A stretch of 63,967 nt of DNA, filler included, from Collodictyon triciliatum (taxonomy: Eukaryota): NCBI GenBank assembly GCA_043381765.1. It is 10 parts of 10 records of this genome, joined end to end, with 100 filler letters (N's around TTAATTAATTAA, not from the genome) between each part and the next. Parts side by side here need not be neighbours in the genome. Positions count along the whole stretch, not along the records: positions 31,758 to 38,904 come from JBHJMP010004053.1; positions 39,005 to 46,112 come from JBHJMP010004054.1; positions 46,213 to 53,317 come from JBHJMP010004055.1; 7 more parts are not named here. One strand, 5' to 3'. The notes under the pieces are model-generated. The model was not told the DNA's origin, ran no database searches, and saw nothing but the letters and a program-made list of their open reading frames with translations. How positions within the stretch are numbered: the stretch's first letter is position 1; every line of letters begins with the position of its first letter. The translations under genes were made by a program, and so were the position numbers. Below are positions 32,667 through 50,350 of this stretch, in pieces.

Positions 32667-34279
32667 CCGCATTCACCTAAACCGTTTCTTAACTTTCTTG
32701 CTCGTTCCGTAGACAAGACTTATTGCAAGTCCAAACGACGGTGCGGACAGCGCGTGCAGGCAGAATAGCCAATACTAAGACATATATCGGTATTTATCGC
32801 GTGTTCAACTTTGCATAAGGTTTATATATAAAAATTCAATAATGTTCGATGAGACTGGCAGGTCGTATTTTATTCTTTAATATAATATAATGTATAATGA
32901 TAATGTAAGCTATTGCGCAATTATTCGTATGTTGGAGTATACCTTCGGCTCTTCGGGCTCGGACCAATTCTGAATGCGATTTACCACAGGCCAGAACCAA
33001 CAAGAGACGAACGCAACAATGACTCGCATTAGTCTTTTGGAAAGTTTTCTTCGGAATCGGTTGACGCTGTTGCTGCTATGACCACCTGCCGATTCAATTC
33101 CTTCCTGCATGATATGACGAAATCTATGAGTACATATATGAATGATATAATGGATTGGTATATAATTGTCCCAAAGTACCATCTAGAAAAAGAATGTGCT
33201 TGATATACCTTCACACTATTGACAAATCGGTATGCTGACAAGTAGAGAATAATGTTGATTCCCAAAGAGATGACCATAGGAATGTAAAAGAAGATAAACC
33301 GAGAGGAGTCCTCTGTGTCCTTTATCCAACACCTGCAATGTGTATGATATCGGTTATTTTTGGAATAGAAACTCGGCAATTGTACCAACACATAAGATGT
33401 GAAATTATCACAAAAATAAAAAATCACCTGCCTATAAGCAAATAATGTAAATGAAAAATATATTGCCAAACCAAAGCCCAGCCGGCCCCATTTCATCCCG
33501 AGCATATGTTGCTACAGTACTTGCAATGGGAAATCCCCATCCGAATATATGGAAAAATGGCTCAGCTTTTTCCGTCTAATAATGTTTATGAAACATCGTG
33601 AGCTCGCTATCACGATGGGTAATATATCACGGAAGAGACTCAATTTAATTATTACTATTTTTAATCGCATACTTACTTTTATTCATAATTTCATAGTTAT
33701 CCAAAAAATATATAAAAATAATAGAGAAACCTTGTTTTGTGCGCTGTATATACACACGAAGAGAATCCCAGAAATATTCGTCATCCACATCATTGAAGCC
33801 AAATTGAAAAACTGGATCATCCCCGCTGAAAACAAAGCCGCATCAACAAAGGTGAGTAAAGCAATCATTATATCGAAAGATTAAATGAGGAAATAGAATA
33901 CATCTCCCATAAACTTTTTGCAAATAATAACAATTGTAATAATTGTAATAAGAATCTGAAAATAAACCCAATAATTATGGTAATAGCATTATAACAAAAG
34001 AAATGTAAGATAAAAAGAACCTTGCGCTTGGCATACTCTGTATATTGTTGGGTCGCTCACATCAATTCCATTCTCTCCATAGGACGCATTCATCAGAAAG
34101 GCGACAGACGTGCCAAAGTTGTTGAGCGCAAGGATAAAGACCAGACGCAGGGATATCGAGCGGATATTCTTGAAGCGCAGGTAAGAAAAAATAACCAGTG
34201 TGCAAGCAAAGAGAGACAGCGAACTTGTGCAGTAGACAATAATCCGCAGAGCCTGGACTTGATCTGGAGTGAATCCCAT
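32487..34279 (-). CDS. 7-TM GPCR of the cAMP-receptor-like (cAR/Crl, GCR1-like) family, multi-exon
   Basis: TM1 SSLSLFACTLVIFSYLRFKNIRSISLRLVFILAL, CQAQG-MIQFFNLASMMW, WGFP, CWI, RFIFFYIP, VAFVSCWFWPVVNRIQN. The last exon reads ..RNIRHLAKILVHNKRKSPFN*. Confidence 0.85.
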
Positions 34280-34413
34280 TCTTACTCTGCTTTACAGTCT
34301 GTCTCTGACAGACGGAAGCCCAGGCAGCAGGAGGGAAAAAGAAAAGTGAGTGCAAATAAAAAAAGAAAAGTGGGTGTTAAGAAAAAAATAGGAAAATATG
34401 GTGAAAGTAGTCC

Positions 34414-34437
34414 TTTGAATCGAATAAAGGAAAAAAA
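34414..34437 (+). mobile_element. Extremely 5'-truncated retroposon insertion with target-site duplication
   Basis: TTTGAATCGAATAAAGG(A)7 flanked by direct repeats GTGAAAGTAGTCC (34401-34413 and 34440-34452); nearly the same motif ends the LINE remnant at 55360-55387. Confidence 0.65.
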
Positions 34438-36988
34438 TAGTGAAAGTAGTCCGAATACTTTCATGCGAACACCAACACAAAAACGAATGGAAAGCAAACA
34501 AAACAAAGAAAAAAAGCAAGTTTTGGATGATCAGATAGTAATCATTCCTTCGCAATCCCCATTACCTATAAGATGTACAATCTATTAACAAGGCACTCTG
34601 GCTTTGTTCTGAGTGGATCTCCGGTTTCGGCTCAACGCTGCCATGTGTCAAACTGTACGAAATTAAACGGGAGACTAAGACAAGAAGAGAAAAGTGAGTA
34701 AGGAGAAAAAACAGAAAGGTTAATCATATCTGCTTGCTCATGCCATAGAAAGAAAAACGTTTTATGTCACCACAACGAAAGAGAAGGCCGCAGGGAAAGA
34801 AAGTGACGGTCAGGTGACTCAATCCAGACTTGATGCCTCTCTTGCCTGTTAACTTGGTTGGTTGAATGCTTTCGCCCCGCACAGTTTGTGATTTGGATGT
34901 GACAAGAGCCTTTCTCTAACCCCAGGCCGATGAAAGCTTTGAATAAGGCGCGATAGGACTGTTCTTTTCTCCATTTTAGCTTTATTTTTGACCTGTTTTT
35001 TTAAACGATTTCAATGGACTTTTGAACCTTTCGTCCTATTTTGCTTCAATGAGCACTGATGTAAGTATGCCTCAAGGCTTATTTTCTCCAATCTCTATGA
35101 TAAACAATCCGTAGGAGTGGGGTATATGCGTAATAATAAGAAAATGTATATAGATAGGGTTTGATATGAATCGTATATTGAAGGTAAAAATAGTGTTGGT
35201 CAGAAAAGGTATACTAATCGCTTTTTTTTTTTCAATACACCCAAGTGAGATTTTTGGTCTTGTTGACTTTGCGCCTATTACTATTTGGATTGATGTTAAA
35301 AGAAAACTTTTGTTTGGATTTTTACCGCATAGTGTTATGGGAGAATATTTTACTTCATTTTTCTTAGATTTTAACTGGTCATGCCAGTATGAGAGTGTGA
35401 TTTGTCAGTTAAGATGAAAAAGTTTACGTGCCTTAGTGAGCTTATTTACATCGTAATTTACTTTCCCAGCCTTGATTGGTGTTAGGCGAATCTGTTTATA
35501 TGGATATGGCGAGCATACAAAGGAAGGGAAACAGTTCATGAAAAGGATCGATCTAGGCGAGAATTGACATCGTATATCCCTAAGCTAATTGTTAACTAAT
35601 ATTCACCTCTATGATGTCAAGTTTGCCCTTATCGCTCCGCATTTTCTTCAAACATAGTCACCTTGGCTATGCCGTTCTCCATGAAACCCAAGAAAAATAT
35701 CAATCTAAACAAAAAAAAATTATTAGAAATGAGGAATTTATACTTTTGATTTTGAAAATGCTAATTACACGTCCCTGTGAGTAAATGATTCTCTCTAACA
35801 CCGCACAAAGCAGTTGATTTTTCGGCACTAGCCATCAGATAGTATAGACAATACGAATTTGATTAAAATGTTACTAGGATATAAAATCACAGAGTGGAAG
35901 GGTCACAGTTTATCTCTGAGCAATTTTCGCTCTTGCCTGTGCGGTAGCTGAAATAGATGACAATCTTCATCAGCATAATATTAAAGTAGCCACTTGATTG
36001 CACCCATGGATGCTAGCACGGCTTTATCTTTCGGGTTAAAAGCGGGCTGGGGCTAAAGGCAGCTATTAGAGGCTAAAAAGCGCTTCTATAGTATATATCT
36101 GGAATTTATTTTATGTTGTTAAATTGTAGCTACTTTGTGATGATTTTTCATTAAATAATACGATTTGATAATATATAACTCATAATTAACATGTAAGTAA
36201 TTTTTCTTGAGCCAGAATTAACCAACAAGCCATACTCGGCTAAATTAGTGGCAAAATAGTTTTTCTGAACTAATTGAGAAATAATAGCCGTGTACTGACG
36301 TCATCATAAAATATTGATTCAAATGTAGAAACATTTTGTTTTCAACCACTTTGGTGTACATCCAAATGTGGGTTAGAATCTGTAAATAGAAATATTTTGT
36401 AAAGAAAAGTTTACCCATATAAGTAACTAATATGTCAATTGCACCAAATTATATATTTGTAGTGCACCAAGCCGTTGTGGTGTCCATTTTTGGCATTTGG
36501 TCTGATTGTTTTGGTCGCTAATTGATGGACTTGGCGAGGGTTATCGTGGCTTTGTGTTGTTTGCGCCGGATTTTGTGTGAATTTTTCTGATGTTTTTCCC
36601 GCCTCCTCGTCCTATTTAAAGTAGGAGACTCGCCGGGCTATTCCAATCCCCTTCTCAATCCCTCCTCTGTTGCATCCTTGGACATTGATTCAACCACCGG
36701 GCGGAGGCTGCCAGCCGAAATCGCACACGAGGAATCGACCAACAAACGGAAGACGGGGTTGTCTCTAGAGACCAGTGAATAAGTTATCTCTATATGCCGC
36801 ATTAAAGTGCGCAGCCATCAAACACACACCCCTCACTCTCAAACGCAACATCCATCGTCCACCCATTAAGCACTCCCGAATGAATACTAATTAGAAATAC
36901 CTCATTACTCATTACTCATTACTCATTACTCATTACTCATTACTCATTACTCATTACTCATTACTCGTCAGTTCAGCTACGTGCCTGA

Positions 36989-37515
36989 ATGAATGCTCCC
37001 CAACCACAAGTTAAGAAAGACCCTAAATCCACGGCGACTCTATCTGAGCCACAGTGCGACGGCGAAGAAAATCATACATTCCAAAAGCGTCCGACTTTAC
37101 GAAGCCGGCCTCCACCTCGCGCGCTCATTGATCATATCTTACAGATGGAGCAATCCCACCTAAGTAGCAATAACTCTGGTATATTATCTCTAGAGAGTCA
37201 TTTTCCTCTTTGCGGGCAATATCAAAGCCAGGAAGGAACCAAGGACGGAATAGAACACCAAGGGACATATTCAAACAGCCTTGTGGTACACTACCTCCTG
37301 TCATTTTTCTGACAAAGTCAAATCTCAAATATGTAAAATACAGTCAGTTGCAGAATCGGTTTAAATTCGCACGCTTCTGATTGATAATTTTCGCCTTATT
37401 TTCCTAGGTATCAATGTTGATTGGAAACAATCCTGATGTCAGTCGCTTTCGTTCTGTCATCGATCAAATCTCTAAGATTTTGTCCGAGGACTCAGATATT
37501 GACACATCGGACTAA
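36989..37515 (+). CDS. Hypothetical protein, probably 2 exons
   Basis: The 107-aa ORF can splice (GTACAC..CCTAG) to VSMLIGNNPDVSRFRSVIDQISKILSEDSDIDTSD*. No family recognised. Confidence 0.35.
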
Positions 37516-38861
37516 TCGCTATATGTTGACGATTCTTACAATACTTTGGTTGGGGCTTTTACTATCTAGATATTTACTTTCTTACTCTATTAACAACATA
37601 CCTATAAAGCACCAAGAAACAGCAAAAATAATCCCATTGTTCGCTCTTGACACTCTTGTTGTTATGTGTTTGTTCGGTCAGTAGAATAGTTTATGGTGTT
37701 GTTCCATTCATGAGACCAGAGCCTGCCATTGCCTTGGTAGTATGTGGTCTGGGAATTTGGTCGGCACATTCGTCGCTGAGGGATTTTGGTTATGTTGTGG
37801 CGCAGGGAGCTGTCTCTTCATTCAAATGTAAATTCTGTTCACTTGGTGGTATTTTTGAGGCAAAATGATAAATATTGCCAATGAAAGGTCATTGCTGTAG
37901 ACACAATAGTTAATGACAAAGAGAAGGTAAGGACGTTTGTCCAGACGATGGTTAAAGTCATCACCTTCACATAAGGCTCGTCTTCTACCCTTACATCCTA
38001 ATTGCGGAAATTTTAAAGCCTAATTGTGGACAATTCATTGCGGAAACACTTTGGTTTCGATTCGAACAACCAAAAAATGTTGAGCTCAACTGGCCGCCCA
38101 CACGATTCTTCCAAAAAAGGAGCATCGAAATTTGATGTCAACTCGTGGTTTCCATAAAAACCATGATATCCCAATTATCTTCGATCCAAAAATAAAAATA
38201 GGGCTAGCAAATGCGACGAACAGAAGCAAATGCGACGAACAAAGGAAAATATAATGCCCAAACGGGGCGTCATTGAGGCCATTGTTACATCTCTCCCTAT
38301 TATTTTGGGACACCCAAATAAAAGCAATGTGTGTGTGCATCGAGCGGTTGCGGTTGCTTGCACAATAAAATATTTCATAGTTTCTTGTGCTTGTTTAGTC
38401 CTCCTGCCCCTCGCCCAGAGCCTGTGTATATATATCTCCAAGTGCGATTGCACATAGTCGGGACATTTTGATGCAGGACGCAAAATCTACATATCGCAGT
38501 ATCGGGTGCGAAGATAGCCAGACAGAGGTGGTGATTATGATGATGGTGATGAGTTATGAGTGATAAGTGATGAGTGATAGGTGATGATTGTAATAAGTTA
38601 TGAATGATGGGTGATGGGTGATGGTTGCGATGTAATCGTTAGTAACCATAGATTCGTGGCCAATTTCAGGATCGATCTAAATACAATCTAAACCTTGCAC
38701 TGCTATACATTCGCCCAAACCCAGGCGCAATCACATTATTCTTGTTCAAAGGACACAGGATAATCAACAACAAAAACCACAACCAAGAAACACAGCCGTA
38801 CTCATCAATCGAAAAGAACAAAAACAAATAATATTAAAAGCAAAAGAATACCAAAAAAAAA

Positions 38862-38904
<43 letters not shown>

Positions 38905-39389
38905 NNNNNNNNNNNNNNNNNNNNNNNNNNNNNNNNNNNNNNNNNNNNTTAATTAATTAANNNNNNNNNNNNNNNNNNNNNNNNNNNNNNNNNNNNNNNN
39001 NNNNTTTTTTTTACTTCATTACAACTCTATAGAACCTTCTACGAAGCGGGCAAGAGGTCTGTGTCGGTTTAATTGTCATACAATAGTGATATAAAAGTTG
39101 ATGTAGCTCATTATTTCGACTAAAATATCAATAACATGCACCCAAAATAGGTCTAAATTCAAATTCAAGCCTCCGTTGGAAAAAATTGAGAGATATAATC
39201 GTGGGGAAAAAGAAAATCAAATCTTTATCAACATCAGATCATTCCTTGTTTGTCTAATATATTAACCCATATTCCGATTTAATTTTATTATTTTGCTCTA
39301 TAGCCATTAATCCTGTCATAGCCTCCCTGGATAAAAGGTGTTCTTTTTCTTTCTTTCTAGTTGTTTGTCTAATTTCTGAAATGTTACAG

Positions 39390-42300
39390 ACCAGGCTTCC
39401 ATCGAACTATTCAAGACTTGTTGGGCGATGTTTCAGTCGAAAGAAAAGAATCTGTTCGTGAAAAAGTGGGCAAAGTAATTAAATCCTTCCATGGGTCATC
39501 TCCAGATGCCAAAAAGCTTGCGTCGCAAGAGGGGGAGATTGCAGGCCTAGGTCGCTTGTTGATGTCCATGAACACAAAGAATAATAGCCTTCTTACCTTC
39601 TACACGGCCATAAGAAGGTTGACAGGAAAATATCACTTTTTTTTTTTTAATGATAATGCGTGCATTACTAGCAACTATCGAATCCTAATTTCTATCTTTA
39701 CAGTTATTTTGGAATCAAAAAAAAAAAAAAGAAAGAAAGAAGAAGGCGTAGCCTGTATGCTCACGCAATAAATTAGCCGTCCAATAGAAAGTGATATGCC
39801 AGATCCAAATGAAGCACACGTGGCCATCACCCCGATGATTGCAACCATTCTGCCTCACAGACGAATGGAATATATAGTTTCCATTAACGTCCCTGACTCA
39901 GAGGAAATCAAAGGTGGGCCTAGTAATCAAAAAAGAAAAAAATGGATTTTAGTGTAACTTGCATCCATCATTTTGTTTTCAATGTATTCATGTAATCACT
40001 TTTACACTATTGTTTGATTTAGACGGCGCATTTCGTTGCAATTTGCGAATAGACAGCAATTTGATGTCTGATAAGGTCACTGCGCAATCAAAAAAAAAAT
40101 TCAAAGCATTTATTATTCGAATACATAATATGATATGCTTGTTTTCAATTTGAAAAATTCCACATTAATATCATAAATCCATTTTCAGTCTTATTGTATA
40201 CCACTCGAGGCTGTTCTTCATAAAGCATCCATTAATTTCGACAACACCTCAATATTGGACTTTGGCTACATTCCAATAGGCAAGAGTGAATTCATATGGT
40301 CGCCCAATGAAAAAAATATCAAGCTTAACCAATCAATGCTTTTTTAAACATTCTTATTACACACATCAACGACGTGCACTTTGTTGATGTTTTAACAGGC
40401 CTCTCCGAGTCGTTGACCCGCAAAATTAGAAATAACGGGGACTTAGATATACCCTTTAAATTCCGAAACGATAACATTGGTCTTACTATTTCACCTCATG
40501 AGGGTGTTATACCGAAGAAGGGGACCTTGACCGTAAGGATGAAATATTGTTATAAAAATGGACATCATATGAAATGCTGTTATTTTAGAGTTAAAAGATC
40601 AAATTGTGCAAATTGTATCATTCAAATTTTCTACCTTAGTGTAAATGAAATCCGCTATTTCGAAGCTGACTTACCTAGAAAAGAAAAAAATGTGTCAAAC
40701 TAACTTTGAGAATGAAAATCTCATGAAAAGGTGATTTTCTCGTTCAGGCCATTGTCAAGTGTTCTTCAGAATAAACAGGTTATATTTGAAGCTCTAAACC
40801 CAGACAGAATCGTTCTGCCCTTCACTGGAGGAGGTTGTATAAGTTCACATAAAGATAATTTTTTTATTTTATTCATTGTGGTGCACTTTGTACCAAACAA
40901 TAAGAAAAAATATTATCATTATCATTATCATTATGATTATTGAAAGAAACGACATGGCAAACAATGCAGGAGGTACATCGAAAATGCAATTGAGCAACAA
41001 CGATAGATTTGACTTTGGTCGCTGTTTGATGAGGAAAGACACACTCAAGCATCTTCGAGTTACAAATATTGGAACTGCCTATCTGAAGGTACCTATGCAC
41101 GCCCGTAGTTGAATGTTCAAAACATTCATGATTGATTATTATTTCAATAACCTGCTGTAGTTGTTCCTGTTGTTTTACTATTTGCTTAGAGAATCATCAA
41201 TTAACATGCAACCATTTTGATCGATTTTAGATATTATCAATTGATATTGAAAAGTCAGACGTGTTTTACAGAGGAAATGGATGGCCGATGGCGGGGCTTG
41301 TTATCCAACCAAAATCATTTTTTGATTTACCTTTAGTACTACACCCAAATTCTGAAAGCACTTTAACCGGGAGACTTACCATTCATACAATCGAAAAAAC
41401 TCATATTATAGAACTGCAAGGAACAGGTATTTTCTTTTACATCTAATCGCCTTCAATCATAACTAAAATATATTGTACAATTCAATTTGTACAAACACGA
41501 TTAAAATCAAGCATATGGGAATCAGATGTAATGAGCATAAGATGTTTTTCAAAAAATGTTCGAATCTAATTAAATCGGTGGTTAGGCAGAGAAGCATCTC
41601 TATTGCTGAATCAAAAAACAGTTGTTTTTTCTGATTGTCTTGTTGGAATGACTTATTTTGATAACATAAATTTTTCCAATACTGGAGAAGTGTGTTTTAC
41701 TTTCATACTTTCATACTTTCATACTTTCATACTTTCATACTTNNNNNNNNNNNNNNNNNNNNNNNNNNNNNNNNNNNNNNNNNNNNNNNNNNNNNNNNNN
41801 NNNNNNNNNNNNNNNNNNNNNNNNNNNNNNNNNNNNNNNNNNNNNNNNNNNNNNNNNNTTTTTTGCTTTTTTGCTTTTTTGCTTTTTTGCTTTTTTGCTT
41901 TTTTGCTCTAAGTTTTATATATGCAAATCAATTAATTGTATTCAATTTTTTGGATTGAAATAGTTCACTTATAGGTAATTGCTAAGTATAGTGCATATGA
42001 AATAGGTCACCTTTCCATTAACATTCAGAGTTGAGCCTGAATGTGCGGACATTAGCCTTTCATTGGTTGGTATTGAAATAGCACCGTACACTAGAGTTAC
42101 CCTTCAGGTGACATTTAAGCCATCACAGATATATGACTCGTCGCAAATCAAGGTCATTGTTGAGTCCCCCTTCATTTTGGAGGAGGTAATATCAGTAACT
42201 CTATTTTTCTACCTCTGGAAACATTATAATACAATTTCTATATTCTTTTTTGTATGGAAACAATTGAGCTGAATTAATAGATAATTTCTTAATTTTTTGT

Positions 42301-45300
42301 GATTATTTTATTATCATTATTATTATTACCATTATCCCTTTCAATTTGCGCAATATGGTAATATTTGTGAGACTAAGATTTTGGGAAATTACAAAATTGA
42401 GCGGCCAGAAGCTTTTACATTAACTTCATTTTCATATATGAATAGATTCAGCTGTCTCTTAACTCTGGTAAAGCTTTACTATGTGTCGAGCCTTCCGAAA
42501 TAAACTTAGGGAATGTCCGTCCCCGTGATTTAGTAAAGAAAAAGATTGAAATAGATAATAAGGGAACCATCCCGCTCCTCTATTACATCCAACAGAAATC
42601 AAACAGTGCAATCAAGTAATCAAAATCTTGATATCAAATACCCGAAAAAAATTTATACAATCATTGATCCTGCTATATGTATACTTTCATGTGTTTTATT
42701 TATGTATTCAGATATTTTTTCTTTTACTTACGAAAGTTTTATCGGTCGCTCTCATTTTCTCGATGAGAGGCCCCTTGTATAAAATATTTAATTCTCTGCT
42801 GCAACTTTTTAGAATAAAAAAAAAAAGGATAAAGATTAAGAGATAAACACACAGGCTAAATTTTATTTAACTAACATGTATATAGAATTCCTATGAAGGA
42901 CGGAAAACTGCTACCAGGTACAAAAAAAGTCTTGGAATTTACGTTGAGTCATCCTGGATATTCCGGTCCTATAAAAGAAGATATTATTATAAAGGCGAAA
43001 CCAACATTTGTTGAAGCACCGTGTATCCTTGTAAAAATGATTTTAACAGATGATTTGCGGGTCGTTTGTTTCTGCCTTTTATATCCAAAAAGCCATCCTT
43101 TTCTCTAAATTATCACAGTCTCTAAGGCGGTTTTCGATATGCTCATTAATTTGTATTTTGTAGAATTCTCACGGGGATTTGGTTGATATGCTTCGGGTAA
43201 CTGCATTTGGAAGAAGTGACATGCCTTGTTTTCGGCCTGACCAACCTTGGGAAGTTGACTTTGGTGTTCTTGCAATAGGCGAGGTGTGAACTTGTATGCC
43301 AAAATTATTAATTCTCTTTTAGACTGAGCTCGTGATTTACTTACTCACTTTACTCTTGTGCTTCCCCTTCATCAAAGAAATCCGTTCGGATATGGTCCAT
43401 TGAAAATGTTGGTGACCTTTCTACGGAGTTTAATGTCACAGTCGCCTCTCCAGTTTATGCTATACCGAGCACAGGAATACTGGAGTCAAAAGGAAGCAAG
43501 GATATTGAGTTCACCTGGACGCCTTTTGGAAGGTTTGATTATTTTAGCATTGTTTAGCCAAAAAAAAAAGGGTTAGAATATTCGACCTATTTGATAATTT
43601 TTATGAATATCTACCATGTAAGGTTCCTTTTATTGCCTCTATTCATTCTAGTTTAATACATGTCTGTATAATTAAATGGGTAACCAATATTTTATCCCAA
43701 ACGCTTTGTGCAATAAACATTTCTTTTTTGTTGGTACGATCGAATCACAATTCAGTAAATTACTCAAATGAACAACCCTTTCTCGCTAGCTACGAATTGA
43801 GGTCGATGGCCAAATTAACGTCTTCTATCGGAACGTTTGATGTTCACCTAACCGGGAGGGCTTTTCACCCTGAATTCGTCTTGCTGCATGATCCGTCATT
43901 GTACTTTGGGAACTGCGCTTTGAGACATGACTACAAGAAGTTTATTAAGTTTAAAAACACTGGGATTGTTAACTTAATATGGACTGTACCGGTCGTACCA
44001 AAAGTATGTATTTCTTTTCTTTTTTACAAAAAAATAATTTATTTTCTCCAGTTTTTATATGAGAAACTAGCTCACTGCTTATGTCATATTTGTTGCTTTT
44101 ATGACTATTCTTTGATTGAATGAAATGAATAAAGCTATCTTCCTATTAGGATTTTCTGTTGTCTCACAGGCGCGGGGTTTTAGCTCCTGGAGGAGAATTC
44201 ACAATCGAAGTCATATATAACCCGTCTGAGTTGGGTCGATTTCAAGGAAGTATATTACTTGATGCGAAAGGAAGGTTCAAGGAAATTTTGTTGAGTGGAA
44301 CAGGGTGTCGCTTGCCCGAGCGACTCATGGAACCCATCGAACTTGGTATGTGTAAAACGACAAGAACTTGTATTTGCTCAACATAAAAGAAAGAATATTA
44401 ATTTTTTATCAAGATGTAGTCGTATCGGTAATACGTTACCTAATCATTCATGAATACCGAAAAAAACAACTAATTCACACGGCATTGACAGATGAATGTC
44501 CGATCAATCATGAGATAAGGCGTGATATCACCGTCAAGAATACAAGTTTGGTCACACTTGACATTTTCTGCCACATCCGAATTTGTGAATACATAGATTT
44601 TGATATATTGCCTTCGAGAATAAGATTGGTACACAATGAAGAGGTTTTTGGTCACTATTATATTTTTAAAATTGTTCTTTAATGTATGTGCGTTGGTCAT
44701 CCATTTATTTTTTAATTAATGATTATAATATTTTGGATCGTCGTTGTTTTTATTTAGTGTCTAATTCGATTATTCAAAATAAATTGATATAAAACGCAAA
44801 TTTATCATATTATTTTTTGTTTGGTTTTTATTTTCTATTTTTTACATTTTGCAGAGAATTGTCCATTTATTTTATCGAGGAAAGGCAGAAGGTGTATTTC
44901 AAACCGTCATAGAATTTCAGTCACAGGAAAAAAGCTTTTCAACCACCATCCGTGGTAATTGAAAATTTTATTGCAAATTTATGCACATTCGAACTCCAAA
45001 AACTCAAATTAATATTTTCTTTTATATATAACCCCGTGAATGTACCTTTAAACCATGACACACATGAAATTTTTTTTATCGATTTTGAAAAATGAGATGA
45101 AAAGATAGGGCACCGGTTTTTTTTTTAAAAAAAAAAAAAAACAGAGGCAAAATTAACATATTATTAACCAGGCCGGGTCAACACATTGGCTTTATCTGAA
45201 CCATTAAAAGCCACAATCATGGAAGAACTGAAACCAGGTGTTCTCCAATTGACACAACTTCCTAACCCCCTTATGCCTGATTTATGCCATGAATACCTTG

Positions 45301-46036
45301 AGTGGTCCAACAGGAGGGTACGCACTTATTTACTTTATTTCCGATTAGAATGTATATTGTTCAGTATGGTCCGATTTGATCTGGTTATATGAAACAGTTC
45401 TATCCCCTAATAGTACAACGATATTGACTTAAATCGCTAACATATTAATTTCCGAAAAGGGGGTTTTTACTTGGGCTCTATTTCAGGTTCAATAAGAAAA
45501 AAATTTTTAAAACAAATAATCAAGCAAACAAAATTTATTATTCCTAATATTGACAATTGCTAGTCAATTCATGTATATGTGAATGTCTGCAAAAAAAAAA
45601 TATATATAATAATAATGAATTAAACCTCTCCATTTATCATGTTTTCACTTGAATGAGTTTTAGGGATTTTACCTCAAATTATTTTTTTGTTTTTGTTTTT
45701 GTTTTCGTTTGTTTTTTGTTTTTTTTTACTGCAGGATTATTATTTAGCCAATATTCAAAATGTATTTCAAAGTGGCCTCTCTTTACAACTATTAGATGAG
45801 GTAATTTCATACAATCTCTGATATTTATGTACCGAGGGAATCCGACAAGCGTAGCATGATTTCACCGTGCTTAGTTCCGAACGCTAGGAATGCCCATTTA
45901 TTTCTCTTGTACCCAGGTGCTCCCAATCTCCATACATGCTATTGTACAGCCTTTAGGAGGAGTATATGGCGATGTACCTATACCTGGAGCGTCACTAGAG
46001 TCATTGGCTATTTCTAGCGAGAATGAGAAGGAACAG
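39390..46036 (+). CDS. Internal fragment of a large ASH (ASPM-SPD2-Hydin) Ig-like repeat protein (Hydin/CFAP47/CFAP74-like), many exons
   Basis: Repeated units LDFGYIPIG..RKIRNNGDLDIPFKF..ISPHEGVI; FDFGRCLM..LRVTNIG; LYFGNCAL..IKFKNTG; RGVLAPGGEFTIEVIYNPSELGRFQG. Confidence 0.7.
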
Positions 46037-46050
46037 GTTTTGCTACATTC

Positions 46051-46112
<62 letters not shown>

Positions 46113-47145
46113 NNNNNNNNNNNNNNNNNNNNNNNNNNNNNNNNNNNNNNNNNNNNTTAATTAATTAANNNNNNNNNNNNNNNNNNNNNNNNNNNNNNNN
46201 NNNNNNNNNNNNAAAAAAAAAAAAAACAACAAAAACAAAAAAAAACAAAACAAAAAAACAAAAAAACAAAAAAACAAAAAAACAAAAAAACAAAAAAAAA
46301 ACGAAAACTAAAAGCTAAAAGCTAAAAATGAAATAATTAATGAACCAGGTCAGACAAGTTGGAGTAGATATTAAATAGAGCAACAGGGATAAGTCTTTGG
46401 AAGCTCATAGGTCTGTGGTGATGGAGTGCGGCAGGAGGAGCTGTGCGGTTTATTTCTGCCTTTTGGCAAACTCTTTTGCCATACTCTTGATCACCCTCTT
46501 TCGTTCCATTCAAAATAGCAAATCCAAAAGGGATTAACGTCACTATATATTTCTGGAATTTATAATAACTGTCTTTCATAAACCTATTACCCAGCCACCA
46601 CCGATTAATGACCAAAGGATCAAAACGCAATCACTAGCACCTACTACGAAAGTGGGAATGAGGCAGAAGAGGAACACATCCTGCCGTTTGCATGACTCAG
46701 TTGCGCTAGAAGAAAATAAACATAAGCGGGGGATTGCAAAAACACGAAAAGAGGCCGGATTTTCTATATGCGGAATGTATATATAAACGTTATTTATATT
46801 GATAATATGAATATGGTGCACTACAAGAGCGGAAAATACTATATTTAATACAAATGAAACAATAAAATAAATAATTTTTATCTGGAATATATCCAGGTAC
46901 CGATTTGTGCATTTGAATGAGAAAATCAGAAGGCTTGTTGTATAGAGCATTGGGAGGGATGATGGCCGTTCAGCCTCCGCGCATCGCCCAGACGCTTCTT
47001 TTCCATCCAGCGGTAAAGCCGTGTGGCAACATGCAATAAGAGCAAAGTAAAAGGCCAGAGCCTCCTTAGGGTTTGCTTCGGTATATTTTTTTTTTTCACA
47101 TTTTAAAACAGCACTACATTTCTACCTTCGAGCGAGTTGCGAGAG

Positions 47146-50350
<3,205 letters not shown>

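Noticed and set aside
22268-34279. Apparent insertion of the viral element between a cyclase gene and a cAMP-receptor-like GPCR, suggesting a cAMP locus
   Set aside because: The three lie on different contigs separated by artificial spacers; adjacency and integration site cannot be inferred.
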